From a virus (Duplodnaviria > Caudoviricetes): a DNA stretch of 64,000 nucleotides. A program made the position numbers and the translations under genes. Shown here piece after piece: positions 55,199 to 62,995 of the stretch. Each line of letters starts with the position of its first letter. Position 1 is the stretch's first letter. The notes under the pieces are model-generated. The model was not told the origin of the DNA, did no database searches, and saw only the letters and a program-made list of their open reading frames with translations. The stretch spans positions 42,485 to 106,484 of IMG/VR virus record IMGVR_UViG_2910013374_000001; one strand, 5' to 3'.

Positions 55199-55821
55199 TG
55201 GCAGCTGATCCTGTTCAAGCGATCGTCGACTTCAGCACTTCTGTGCAAAGTATTCGCGTCATCGCTCCATTCAAGAAGTTCCTTCCCATCCCAGGACAGC
55301 TCCTCGTGAATCCTGCTGTGCCTCCACTCCTGACGAAAGACTTTCGACGTGGGGTGATCTCTTCAGTGCATCCAGGTCCTTATGTAGGAACGCAAGTTAT
55401 TCAACAAGTCGACGTCAGTCAGACATCTCCTCTCGGTCGTTTCAGAGGTGAGGTCCATGCAGGTCCCTCCCCCTATCAGTTAAACGGCCGCCCAGGGACT
55501 CCGTCTATTTCGCTCAAGGGATCTTGGAATCAGCGATACATCGACCAAGAGACGATGTGGTCCGCAGCGGTTCTCATCAGTGAAGATGACCTTCACCCAC
55601 TGACGGCGGTTGAGTACTACACGGACAACGACTTTTATCTGATAAATACTGACTTCGGTACTCAGTTCAGGTCTGTCTCACCCTTGATTGCTGGTGATGT
55701 TCTCCAGGAAGTCTGCGCAAGCGTGAACAACCCCTATCTCAACCCAATCTTGAGAGGTGAAGGTGGCAATGGTGGATCAGTTCGCCCAGACGACGGCCTG
55801 CTTTATCCCCGCAAGGTGTAA
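55198..55821 (+). CDS. Hypothetical structural protein
   Basis: TGATG coupling; ends RP..GLLYPR. Confidence 0.6.
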   Translation: MAADPVQAIVDFSTSVQSIRVIAPFKKFLPIPGQLLVNPAVPPLLTKDFRRGVISSVHPGPYVGTQVIQQVDVSQTSPLGRFRGEVHAGPSPYQLNGRPGTPSISLKGSWNQRYIDQETMWSAAVLISEDDLHPLTAVEYYTDNDFYLINTDFGTQFRSVSPLIAGDVLQEVCASVNNPYLNPILRGEGGNGGSVRPDDGLLYPRKV

Positions 55822-55881
55822 CGGTTCGAATCGGAACACTCGGACGCAACTTTCAACGGGGAGTGATTCCCTGTTCGCCCT

Positions 55882-56619
55882 ATGTCCGAAGAACTCACTC
55901 CGCAGACCTCCGAGACGGAGATTCCAGTAGGCGGCGATGTTCAAGCCGAAACTTCTGCCGCAGAAGCGCAGAAGAGCTACAGCGAGAACGAAGTCCAAGA
56001 TCTTCTCAAGGCACTCAAGTCTGAGCGGGAAGCCCGCAAGCAGAACGAGAAGAGCCTCAAGGAATCAAAGTCTCAACTCGCACAGCTCGAGGGCATTGAT
56101 CCCGAGACCTATGCCCGTCTCCAAGCTGAGTCCGCCAAGCGTGCAGAACTTGAAGCAGAACTGGCCGGCAAGGTCGGAGCCATCGAGAAGAGCTACGCCG
56201 ATCAGCTCAGTGCAGCTAAGACCGAACAGGAAGCGGCTGCAGTTCAGGTTCACGAGCTGCAGAAGAAGTATGCGTTCGAAAGAGCCTTCTCTTCAGCCGG
56301 TGGTCGAGGTGGTGAATTCACCGATTTGGCATACACCAAGCTCCAGGCCGAATTCAAGCTGATGGATGACGGGACTGTCGCCGTTGTCGATAAGGCTGGA
56401 GCCTTCGTCGTTGATGACAAAGGCAAGCGCGTTGATCCTGCTGAGCACCTCAAGCAGTACAAAGGCCACCAACTGTTGGGCTACACCTTCCAAGCAGAAC
56501 GCGGTGCTGGCAGCGGTCTTGTTCCTCACCCAGGAACATCACTTGCCAACGGTGCAGACATGCACAGCTTGTCTACTTCGGAGCTGTTCGGCCAAGCCTT
56601 CGGACGCAAGGTCGTCTGA
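55882..56619 (+). CDS. Capsid scaffolding protein
   Basis: LKALKSER coiled coil, GAGSG tail, immediately upstream of capsid gene. Confidence 0.78.
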   Translation: MSEELTPQTSETEIPVGGDVQAETSAAEAQKSYSENEVQDLLKALKSEREARKQNEKSLKESKSQLAQLEGIDPETYARLQAESAKRAELEAELAGKVGAIEKSYADQLSAAKTEQEAAAVQVHELQKKYAFERAFSSAGGRGGEFTDLAYTKLQAEFKLMDDGTVAVVDKAGAFVVDDKGKRVDPAEHLKQYKGHQLLGYTFQAERGAGSGLVPHPGTSLANGADMHSLSTSELFGQAFGRKVV

Positions 56620-56643
56620 TCTCAGGTGACAACTGACAACACC

Positions 56644-56671
56644 GGCTCCGCTAAGGCGGGGCCTTTCTTTT
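56644..56671 (+). terminator. Intrinsic terminator
   Basis: GGCTCCGC-TAAG-GCGGGGCC + T-rich tail. Confidence 0.75.
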
Positions 56672-56790
56672 GCTCGGAACCCTTAGGGAGAAGCCCCCGG
56701 AAGGCGTGAAGTCCGAAGGGTGGCCAAGACAAAGGGGCGCGAGGCCTCGGCGTCTGAACCCTCCCCATCCTTCATTTACAGAACCTAAAA

Positions 56791-57723
56791 ATGGCTCTAA
56801 CCCTTCTTGAGGCGTCTAAGCACGCCCGCTCTCCTGAGGAACTCGCCGTTGTGCGCGAACTCGCCGAAGGCGACCTCCTCGGTTCACTCCCATTCAGAAA
56901 TATCTCAGGCTCCGGCTTGTTTTGGAAGCGTGAAGAAAGCCTGGCGAACGTCGGCTTCCGTCACATCAACCAAGGCCTTGCTGAGGACTACGGTCAGACC
57001 AGTCAGCAGTCAGAAGCCCTCAAGTTCTTTGGTGGCGACGTGGTTGTTGACCGCGCCATCCTCGAGCTTGAAGGACCTGAAGCTCGCGCCTATCAGGTGC
57101 AGTCCAAGATCCGCGCAATGCGCATGGCTTACGAGCGCGTGTTCATCAAGGGATCCGAGACAGCTTCAAACGGCCTCGAGTTCGACGGCCTTGAGAAGCG
57201 CTGCGGCGAAATCGGTGGCACCAGCCAAGTCGTCGACAACGGCGGCGGCGGTCTCAGCTTTGCTGCTCTCGACGAAATGCTCGACACCGTCGACGCACAA
57301 GGCGGCAGCAAGTACATGATCATGTCGAAGGCAATGCGCCGTCGTCTGACTCAAGCCGCACGCGATGGCGTGATCAACGGCGGAATCCAGATCATGCAAG
57401 ACGCCATGGGTCGCAAGCAGTCCTACTACCAGGACACCCCGATCATGATCGTCGACAAGGACGAGAACAACAACGACATCCTCGGCGCTAACGAAGCAGC
57501 CGCTGGAAACGGTTTGACCTCCTCCATCTACTGCATCAGCTTCGGCGATCTCTTGACCGTCGGCATCCAGAACGGCGGCCTGTCCGTCCGTGACTTGGGT
57601 GAGTCCCACTCCGCTCCTCAGTTCCTGACACGCGTCGAGTGGTACTGCGGCCTGGCAACCATCAACGGCCGCTCCGTTGCTCGCTTGGCCTCCATCGATC
57701 CTGCTGTCGCAGCAATCGTCTGA
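56791..57723 (+). CDS. Major capsid protein (HK97 fold)
   Basis: LTLLEA...LPF...GGDVVVD...EFDGL...RVEWYCGLA...ARL pattern; follows scaffold. Confidence 0.88.
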   Translation: MALTLLEASKHARSPEELAVVRELAEGDLLGSLPFRNISGSGLFWKREESLANVGFRHINQGLAEDYGQTSQQSEALKFFGGDVVVDRAILELEGPEARAYQVQSKIRAMRMAYERVFIKGSETASNGLEFDGLEKRCGEIGGTSQVVDNGGGGLSFAALDEMLDTVDAQGGSKYMIMSKAMRRRLTQAARDGVINGGIQIMQDAMGRKQSYYQDTPIMIVDKDENNNDILGANEAAAGNGLTSSIYCISFGDLLTVGIQNGGLSVRDLGESHSAPQFLTRVEWYCGLATINGRSVARLASIDPAVAAIV

Positions 57724-57789
57724 TCTAGGTGATCACGTCCGGGGCTGACGCACAGCCCCACACCATCCCCTTTCTCTAGGACTTCCATC

Positions 57790-58113
57790 ATGGCTGCACG
57801 TTCCAGCGGCATGTTCCCCCGCAAGGCTGCGTGGGTTGACGCCGCAACAATCATCCCCGCTAACGGCGACGCACTAACCGTCCCCAACCTTCAGCACTCC
57901 GGCGAAGTGACCCTGATCGCTTACTTCAGCAACGACGCTGTCGGATCTGTTGCTGTGACTCTCGGCTCCGAGGTCATCACATTGTCCGCTGCTGATCAGA
58001 GCGACAAGAAAGTCATCAAGGTTCGCTCCGGTTACGAGCTGGGCCCTGTGACCTCCGTGTCTGCTGACTACGCCGGCCTCACTGCTGGCACCGCTCAGGT
58101 ATCCATCTTCTGA
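57790..58113 (+). CDS. Putative capsid decoration/cement protein
   Basis: Small beta-rich ORF after capsid, followed by terminator. Confidence 0.55.
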   Translation: MAARSSGMFPRKAAWVDAATIIPANGDALTVPNLQHSGEVTLIAYFSNDAVGSVAVTLGSEVITLSAADQSDKKVIKVRSGYELGPVTSVSADYAGLTAGTAQVSIF

Positions 58114-58135
58114 TCTCAACGATCAGTTCGAACAC

Positions 58136-58159
58136 AGGGCTCCTCAGGGGGCCCTTTTT
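58136..58159 (+). terminator. Intrinsic terminator
   Basis: AGGGCTCC-TCAG-GGGGCCCT + T tract. Confidence 0.75.
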
Positions 58160-58196
58160 CATGCTCGGAATCCTGGGTGGCTTACGACACTTCACC

Positions 58197-58514
58197 ATGT
58201 CAACCGTTTTTATCTATGACCTGGAGAGTGGCAAAGGCCACAAGGTCTACCCCGCTTCTGTTCAGGCCTTCCTAGCCACTGGCCGCTACAGCCTGGACAA
58301 ACCAGCCAACGGCAAACTCGACGATTCTGCCTTCCGTTCTGAGCTTCCTTCTGCCGGCCGTGAAGCTGAGCGTCCTCGCCCTGCTGACATCGCCATGGCT
58401 GCCAAGAATGTCGAGGCAAAAGTTGAGGAGAAGACTGAGGAAGTCAAAGAGATCCTCGAAGAAAGCAGCAAGCCAGAGGCTAAGCGTGCCCCTCGTCGTC
58501 GCAGTGCTGAGTGA
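58197..58514 (+). CDS. Hypothetical late protein
   Basis: ATG 31 nt after CGGAATCCT. Confidence 0.6.
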   Translation: MSTVFIYDLESGKGHKVYPASVQAFLATGRYSLDKPANGKLDDSAFRSELPSAGREAERPRPADIAMAAKNVEAKVEEKTEEVKEILEESSKPEAKRAPRRRSAE

Positions 58515-58584
58515 TCTAGAGATCCAGTAACTATCTAGGGGGTCGTTTTTCGGGAAACCTGAAGTGTCAGGCACTTGGTTCCTC

Positions 58585-58890
58585 ATGTTTCCCGAAGCTC
58601 TCGCTGGTGTGTTGATCCCCCTCGTCCTCGGATGGATGGGTTTCACCTGGAAGAGGACTGACCGTGCCCTCGATTCTGTCGAGCGTGTCTCTGACAAGAT
58701 CGACAAAGTTGAACTCAAAATGGCCGAGAACTTCGTGACTAAAGCCGATTTTCATCTCTCAATCGAGCGGATGATGAAAGGCATCGATCGCCTTGACAAG
58801 AAAACTGATCTTTTGGTGTTTGATCAATCAACCACCATCAGAGAACTCAAAAGCAGACTCCGCAATCACGGAGAAGACGCAGAAGTCTGA
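58585..58890 (+). CDS. Putative holin/antiholin-like protein (N-terminal TM plus coiled coil)
   Basis: Single TM, directly upstream of endolysin. Confidence 0.55.
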   Translation: MFPEALAGVLIPLVLGWMGFTWKRTDRALDSVERVSDKIDKVELKMAENFVTKADFHLSIERMMKGIDRLDKKTDLLVFDQSTTIRELKSRLRNHGEDAEV

Positions 58891-58928
58891 TTGTCGGAAC
58901 CCTGCCCCGTCACTGAACGAGGGAGTCC

Positions 58929-60194
58929 ATGGCCCGCAGAATCTGCGCGGAAGCCATCAGCCTGATCAAGTCCTTTGAAGGACTGTCGCTGGAGGCTTAT
59001 CCGGACCCTGGTTCAAAAGATGGGTTGCCATTCACCATTGGATATGGACACGCCGGCCCTGACGTCTACCTAGGCGATGCCATCACCGAGGAAGAAGCAG
59101 AAGAGCTACTTCGACAGGACCTGCTCAGGTTTGAGGCGGGAGTCGAGGAGCTGATTCCTGGCCTTTGCAAACATGAATTCGAAGCGTTGGTGAGCTGGGC
59201 TTTCAACGTTGGACTGGGAGCAGTTGCTGAAAGCACTCTTCGTCGAAGGATCCTCGCGGGAGAGCCTCATCACGCGGTGATTGCCCAAGAGCTTCCTCGA
59301 TGGAACAGAGGCGCCGATGGAGTCATGGCTGGACTCGTACGCCGCAGGATTGCCGAAGTTGACCACTCTGCCCTCAGCGGTAGCACGTGCCCCCACGCAG
59401 CGCCAATCAGGACAAAGATGACACCAAGCACCTCTCAAGCCACTAAAGCGGCTTCTGAGGCCTCTCAAGTGGCTCTGGTCGACTTCTTCCGTTACTTCAT
59501 CGGCACAGAGGCGCAGGTCTCTGCTGTCGAAAGCCTTGAGAAAGCTCTGCAAGCCAAAGCCCCTGATCTCCTACTGGACATCGCTGACTGGGTGATCAAG
59601 TACAGGGAGAAAGACGTTGAAGAGGACGCCACCACGCCAGTCGTGAACAACCATCTTGACGTTTCATACCTTTATCAGTTCGACAGCAACAGCGACCAAG
59701 GCGCACGGATGTGCTTCAGCTCTTCCAATGCAATGTTGCTCGAGTTCTTGCGTCCTGGGATTCTCAAAGGAGTTCAGGAAGATGACGCTTACCTGGACAC
59801 AGTTCTTGAGTTTGGTGACACCACGAGCGCGGATGCACAGATCCAGGCTCTCAAGTACTACGGCGTCAACGCTGCCTTCAGGACTGACGGCACCAGTCGT
59901 CTCGCGAAAGACCTGATTCGCCGCAACATCCCTGTCCCTGTGGGAGTTCTCCATCGAGGCCATGTCTCGGAACCGACTGGAGGTGGCCACTGGATCGTTT
60001 TGGTCGGCTTCGATGACACCGAGAAATGCTGGTACGCGCACGACCCAGCAGGCGAAATGGACGTCGTGAATGGGTCTTATGTGCGCAGCGGACCATCCGA
60101 TGGACGCTTTGTCAAATACTCCTACAAGAACCTGAACCCGCGCTGGATGGTGGCAGGAGAAGGGGATGGCTGGCTGATTGAGGCAAGGCCATGA
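58929..60194 (+). CDS. Endolysin: GH24 lysozyme fused to a C39-like cysteine peptidase
   Basis: FEGL.LEAYPD...TIGYGH...FNVG...RW...GL.RRR; Q...MCFSSS...GHWIVLVG...HDP. Confidence 0.87.
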   Translation: MARRICAEAISLIKSFEGLSLEAYPDPGSKDGLPFTIGYGHAGPDVYLGDAITEEEAEELLRQDLLRFEAGVEELIPGLCKHEFEALVSWAFNVGLGAVAESTLRRRILAGEPHHAVIAQELPRWNRGADGVMAGLVRRRIAEVDHSALSGSTCPHAAPIRTKMTPSTSQATKAASEASQVALVDFFRYFIGTEAQVSAVESLEKALQAKAPDLLLDIADWVIKYREKDVEEDATTPVVNNHLDVSYLYQFDSNSDQGARMCFSSSNAMLLEFLRPGILKGVQEDDAYLDTVLEFGDTTSADAQIQALKYYGVNAAFRTDGTSRLAKDLIRRNIPVPVGVLHRGHVSEPTGGGHWIVLVGFDDTEKCWYAHDPAGEMDVVNGSYVRSGPSDGRFVKYSYKNLNPRWMVAGEGDGWLIEARP

Positions 60195-60394
60195 GACCCG
60201 ATCTCCACGACGAGCTCCTTCGGATCCAGCTCCAACAACAGATCGAAAAGGCATTTCAGACCAAGGATCTCCGCTTGATGAGAGAGGTCGCGGAAATGCT
60301 TGCTGACTCTTATGTCAACAGCAGGGTTGCTGCAAAACACTTGGCACTTAAAGGCGTCGGAACCCTTTCCAACAACAGCGACACGGCGGAGTAG
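60191..60394 (+). CDS. Hypothetical protein
   Basis: ATGA coupling. Confidence 0.55.
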   Translation: MRPDLHDELLRIQLQQQIEKAFQTKDLRLMREVAEMLADSYVNSRVAAKHLALKGVGTLSNNSDTAE

Positions 60395-60609
60395 TGGCCA
60401 ACTGGATCGAACATCGTCTCTTGCCGGGATATTTAGTCAGCAGGAGCAATGTGGTCCTCTCGGCCACCGGAGCAAAGCATGGCTGCCCTGAACCTCAGCT
60501 CGGCAAAAACGAGGCGGGTGACTTAGCGTTTTGGGTAAGACCTTTAGGTCACCCAGCAGCGATCCGCATCAGGATCGAGGGCCTGAAAAATTTATTCGAT
60601 CATCCATGA
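60394..60609 (+). CDS. Hypothetical protein (NUMOD4-like N-terminus possible)
   Basis: W....PGYLVS..N.V pattern; CGGAACCCT 36 nt upstream. Confidence 0.45.
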   Translation: MANWIEHRLLPGYLVSRSNVVLSATGAKHGCPEPQLGKNEAGDLAFWVRPLGHPAAIRIRIEGLKNLFDHP

Positions 60610-60812
60610 CCCTGCGCAAACCCATCACCGGAGAGGCTGCAGCAGAGATCAAGGTTTGGTTCACAAGCAAGGGAAGCAGTCCCATCACGCCTTACGTCGA
60701 AAGGACAAGGCTCGAGCGTCGATACGTCAAAGTCCCAGGTCACTTGATAGCTGACACCACGGAAGATCAGTGGTGCATCGAGTCAGAAGCCGGAGAAACA
60801 CCAGAGCCCTGA
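60606..60812 (+). CDS. Hypothetical protein
   Basis: ATGA coupling. Confidence 0.45.
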   Translation: MTLRKPITGEAAAEIKVWFTSKGSSPITPYVERTRLERRYVKVPGHLIADTTEDQWCIESEAGETPEP

Positions 60813-60881
60813 GCCCGTATTGCGATGCGAACTCGAACAGCAGCTGGTATGTTGTTGGAAAGCTGATAAGAGCTGGTAAGC

Positions 60882-61100
60882 ATGGGCATGTCTAAGAAAG
60901 AGATCTCCGCAGGACGCTGGGTTGAGTCACGTCCCCTTTGTGAAATCGTCGGCTTCAGCTATACGACCCTGCACCGACTGAAAGGTGAGGGCTATTGGAC
61001 CGAAGGTCGTCACTACCGGCGGAAGAATCCAACACGCCCGAAGTCCGAGCTTCTCTGGAACGTTGACAGGGTGTTCTTGAAACTGGGCATCGCCCTCTGA
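60882..61100 (+). CDS. Excisionase/recombination directionality factor
   Basis: Small winged-HTH pattern (L..IVG.S..TL.R...G.W.EG.HY...W) convergent with integrase. Confidence 0.72.
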   Translation: MGMSKKEISAGRWVESRPLCEIVGFSYTTLHRLKGEGYWTEGRHYRRKNPTRPKSELLWNVDRVFLKLGIAL

Positions 61101-61157
61101 GACCCGCTGCGGTGTAAGCTCTTCGCGGAAGTCATTGCCGTTAGGCTTTGCCTGCCT

Positions 61158-61231
61158 GCCTCCATAGCTCAGCCGGTTAGAGCGACGGATTCATAGCCCG
61201 TAGGTCGCCTGTTCAAGTCAGGCTGGAGGCA
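61158..61231 (+). tRNA. Phage-encoded tRNA-Met (CAT), elongator type
   Basis: Acceptor GCCTCCA/TGGAGGC+A, D arm, anticodon arm ACGGA-TTCATAG-CCCGT, T arm GCCTG-TTCAAGT-CAGGC. Confidence 0.92.
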
Positions 61232-61241
61232 TTCTCACCGG

Positions 61242-62687
61242 TCAGTCCTCGTCCTCCTGGAGGGCGTCGATCATCTTTTTCTGCTTAGCACTCTTCCTCT
61301 TTTCCTTCTCCAGCTCTTTCTCCAGCTCCTCCAGGCGTTGCATCACAGCAGCTTGCTGAGGATCGACGGCTGAGGTTGGCTCTGGCTGGACTTCCTCCGA
61401 AGGGATATTCATCGAGGCCTGCAGCGCATCTTTGTCGTCTTGTTTTGCCTCGAGCTGATTCTCGAGCCATGCCTGCATACCCGCGAGCCCCCTTTCCGCG
61501 TTGATCCATCTCAAGTAGATGCGCTCGTGCACTTCAACCCCGTGCCCCATCCACTTTGACTGGATTGTCATAGGAACATGAAAGGTGGTCGAGTGGACGC
61601 TGCATCGGATCGCGTAGGTGTGGCGCAGGTCATAAGGACGCACCCAGTCCTGGCCTTTGCCAACCTTCAGATCACAGAAGAGTTGCTGAGTGCCACGCAT
61701 CGTGAATTGCTTGTAGAGATAGTGACCCAGGTCATCGTTATTGACCGGAACAGTGATCTCGTTTGCCTGCCCTTCATTTTTGACGACGCCCCACTGGACC
61801 TTCCATCGATCTCTCAACTCTGACTGATACTTTTCAAAGTTCTTTTTGAGCTGGAAATCTTCAACCCACTCGGCCGGGACAGGTGGTGCATGGTGAGTTC
61901 GTGTCTTTGTAAGTAAGGCTTGGCCAGCGTCATTCGCGTCTGGTCCTCCAGGAACAGTCAGCCATCCCTTCTCATCAATCCCTGTTACATGCCACAGCTC
62001 GTGTGGCCTCAGTCCGTAGGTCGCGAGCATCCCGTAGACCCATTGCTCGAAATGGTCGAGCCCCTTCAACCAGGACTCGATTTCAGAATCTGTAGGGATG
62101 ACCCTGATTTTGTTTTTCTGAGCTTTCGCAACTTTTGCGGCTGAACCCGTTGGCCTCTTGGCCTTCACGGCCGCGAGAGCAATCGTTAGGTCAATCTTCT
62201 CGTAGGACTTCTGAATTTGTGCGAGCACATCAACGCGTTTGTTGAACCGAGGGAGCTGCTCAATCGGATCGACTTCTAAGACCCAGTCCTTCAAGGACAT
62301 CGCATTGACGGTTCCTTCCCACTTGCAGATCTCCTGCCCAAGAGCTGACTCGAGGTGACTTCGCGAACCCTTCTTTGGAATTCGCTTGCGAACGTCCTCT
62401 AAAGCTGCCGAGCAAAGAGCAGCCCAGGAACCTGCTGGCGCTTCCGAGCGCTGATCATCAATCCACTCTCCTTCCTTGTTTGATTCAAGGCACTTTGAAT
62501 GTGCAACGCGCACGTCATCATCGTCACGCCACTGAAGAGGCTGAAGAGAGAACTCGCGCACGACCTTGGTTCCTTCGTACTCACGAATGCGAATGAACTT
62601 GATCGATGAGATTTTGCGCAGACGAAAGCGAGAACCAGCGAGCCTCAGATCTGCTTGAAGTCGATTCCAAAGGGATTGAGATTCCAT
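61242..62687 (-). CDS. int: Tyrosine recombinase/integrase
   Basis: YGLRPHE, YDLRHTYA, MGH...HERIY catalytic motifs; adjacent to att junction. Confidence 0.92.
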   Translation of the reverse strand: MESQSLWNRLQADLRLAGSRFRLRKISSIKFIRIREYEGTKVVREFSLQPLQWRDDDDVRVAHSKCLESNKEGEWIDDQRSEAPAGSWAALCSAALEDVRKRIPKKGSRSHLESALGQEICKWEGTVNAMSLKDWVLEVDPIEQLPRFNKRVDVLAQIQKSYEKIDLTIALAAVKAKRPTGSAAKVAKAQKNKIRVIPTDSEIESWLKGLDHFEQWVYGMLATYGLRPHELWHVTGIDEKGWLTVPGGPDANDAGQALLTKTRTHHAPPVPAEWVEDFQLKKNFEKYQSELRDRWKVQWGVVKNEGQANEITVPVNNDDLGHYLYKQFTMRGTQQLFCDLKVGKGQDWVRPYDLRHTYAIRCSVHSTTFHVPMTIQSKWMGHGVEVHERIYLRWINAERGLAGMQAWLENQLEAKQDDKDALQASMNIPSEEVQPEPTSAVDPQQAAVMQRLEELEKELEKEKRKSAKQKKMIDALQEDED

Positions 62688-62917
62688 GGAGAAGCGAGAA
62701 GAGAAATGCGCCGACTGGTCTCATGCGTCTCCATTTGAGACGGCTTTTTCGGGCTTTGCCTGGTTAGGTCGGTGTACCTGAAAATAGCAATGTGGGGGTC
62801 TTCGTGGGCATCAGTGGTAAGACTGAACACCTCTCGAAAAACGTGAGATCAACTGCGCTTACTGCAGTGTTCCAGTTGTGACAGGGGATCTCAGCGATTC
62901 GACTCGATACAGCAGCC

Positions 62918-62960
62918 GGGGTTATGAATCCCACGCTCTAACCAGCTGAGCTACCGAGCC
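62918..62960 (-). pseudogene. 5' half of host tRNA-Met (CAT), interrupted at prophage att site
   Basis: GGCTCGGTAGCTCAGCTGGTTAGAGCGTGGGATTCATAACCCC then no pairing T arm and no CCGAGCC acceptor strand. Confidence 0.85.
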
Positions 62961-62995
62961 GTAACTTTGAAATTTTAGACGATCGCCTGGACGTC

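Larger units (their letters stand above)
1..62917. mobile_element. Integrated siphovirus-type prophage; left end outside the window, right junction inside a host tRNA-Met
   Basis: Tape measure, tail tube, capsid, scaffold, endolysin, excisionase and tyrosine integrase abut an interrupted tRNA, followed by a host-type M23 gene. Confidence 0.93.

Noticed and set aside
39514-55821. Diversity-generating retroelement or invertase shufflon for fibres
   Set aside because: No reverse transcriptase, adenine-specific TR/VR pair, invertase or inverted cassettes seen in the window
17788-55821. Many antisense and alternate-frame ORFs in the track
   Set aside because: They shadow long, codon-biased plus-strand genes, as expected in GC-rich DNA; no motifs or promoters
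57721-57790. Capsid read-through into the in-frame downstream gene
   Set aside because: A second in-frame TGA follows two codons later (TGA TCT AGG TGA)
13400-58516. Recurrent TGATC at gene ends as a regulatory or methylation signal
   Set aside because: Explained adequately by preferred UGA-U stop context and general GATC richness; cannot be tested without counts
62688-62900. TGAGA/TCTCA repeats as integrase arm-type sites
   Set aside because: Plausible by position but too short and degenerate to support without the other att arm
62880-62917. Reconstituted 3' half of the host tRNA (GAGTCGAATC resembles a T loop)
   Set aside because: No T stem pairing and no CCGAGCC acceptor complement; at most a decayed remnant
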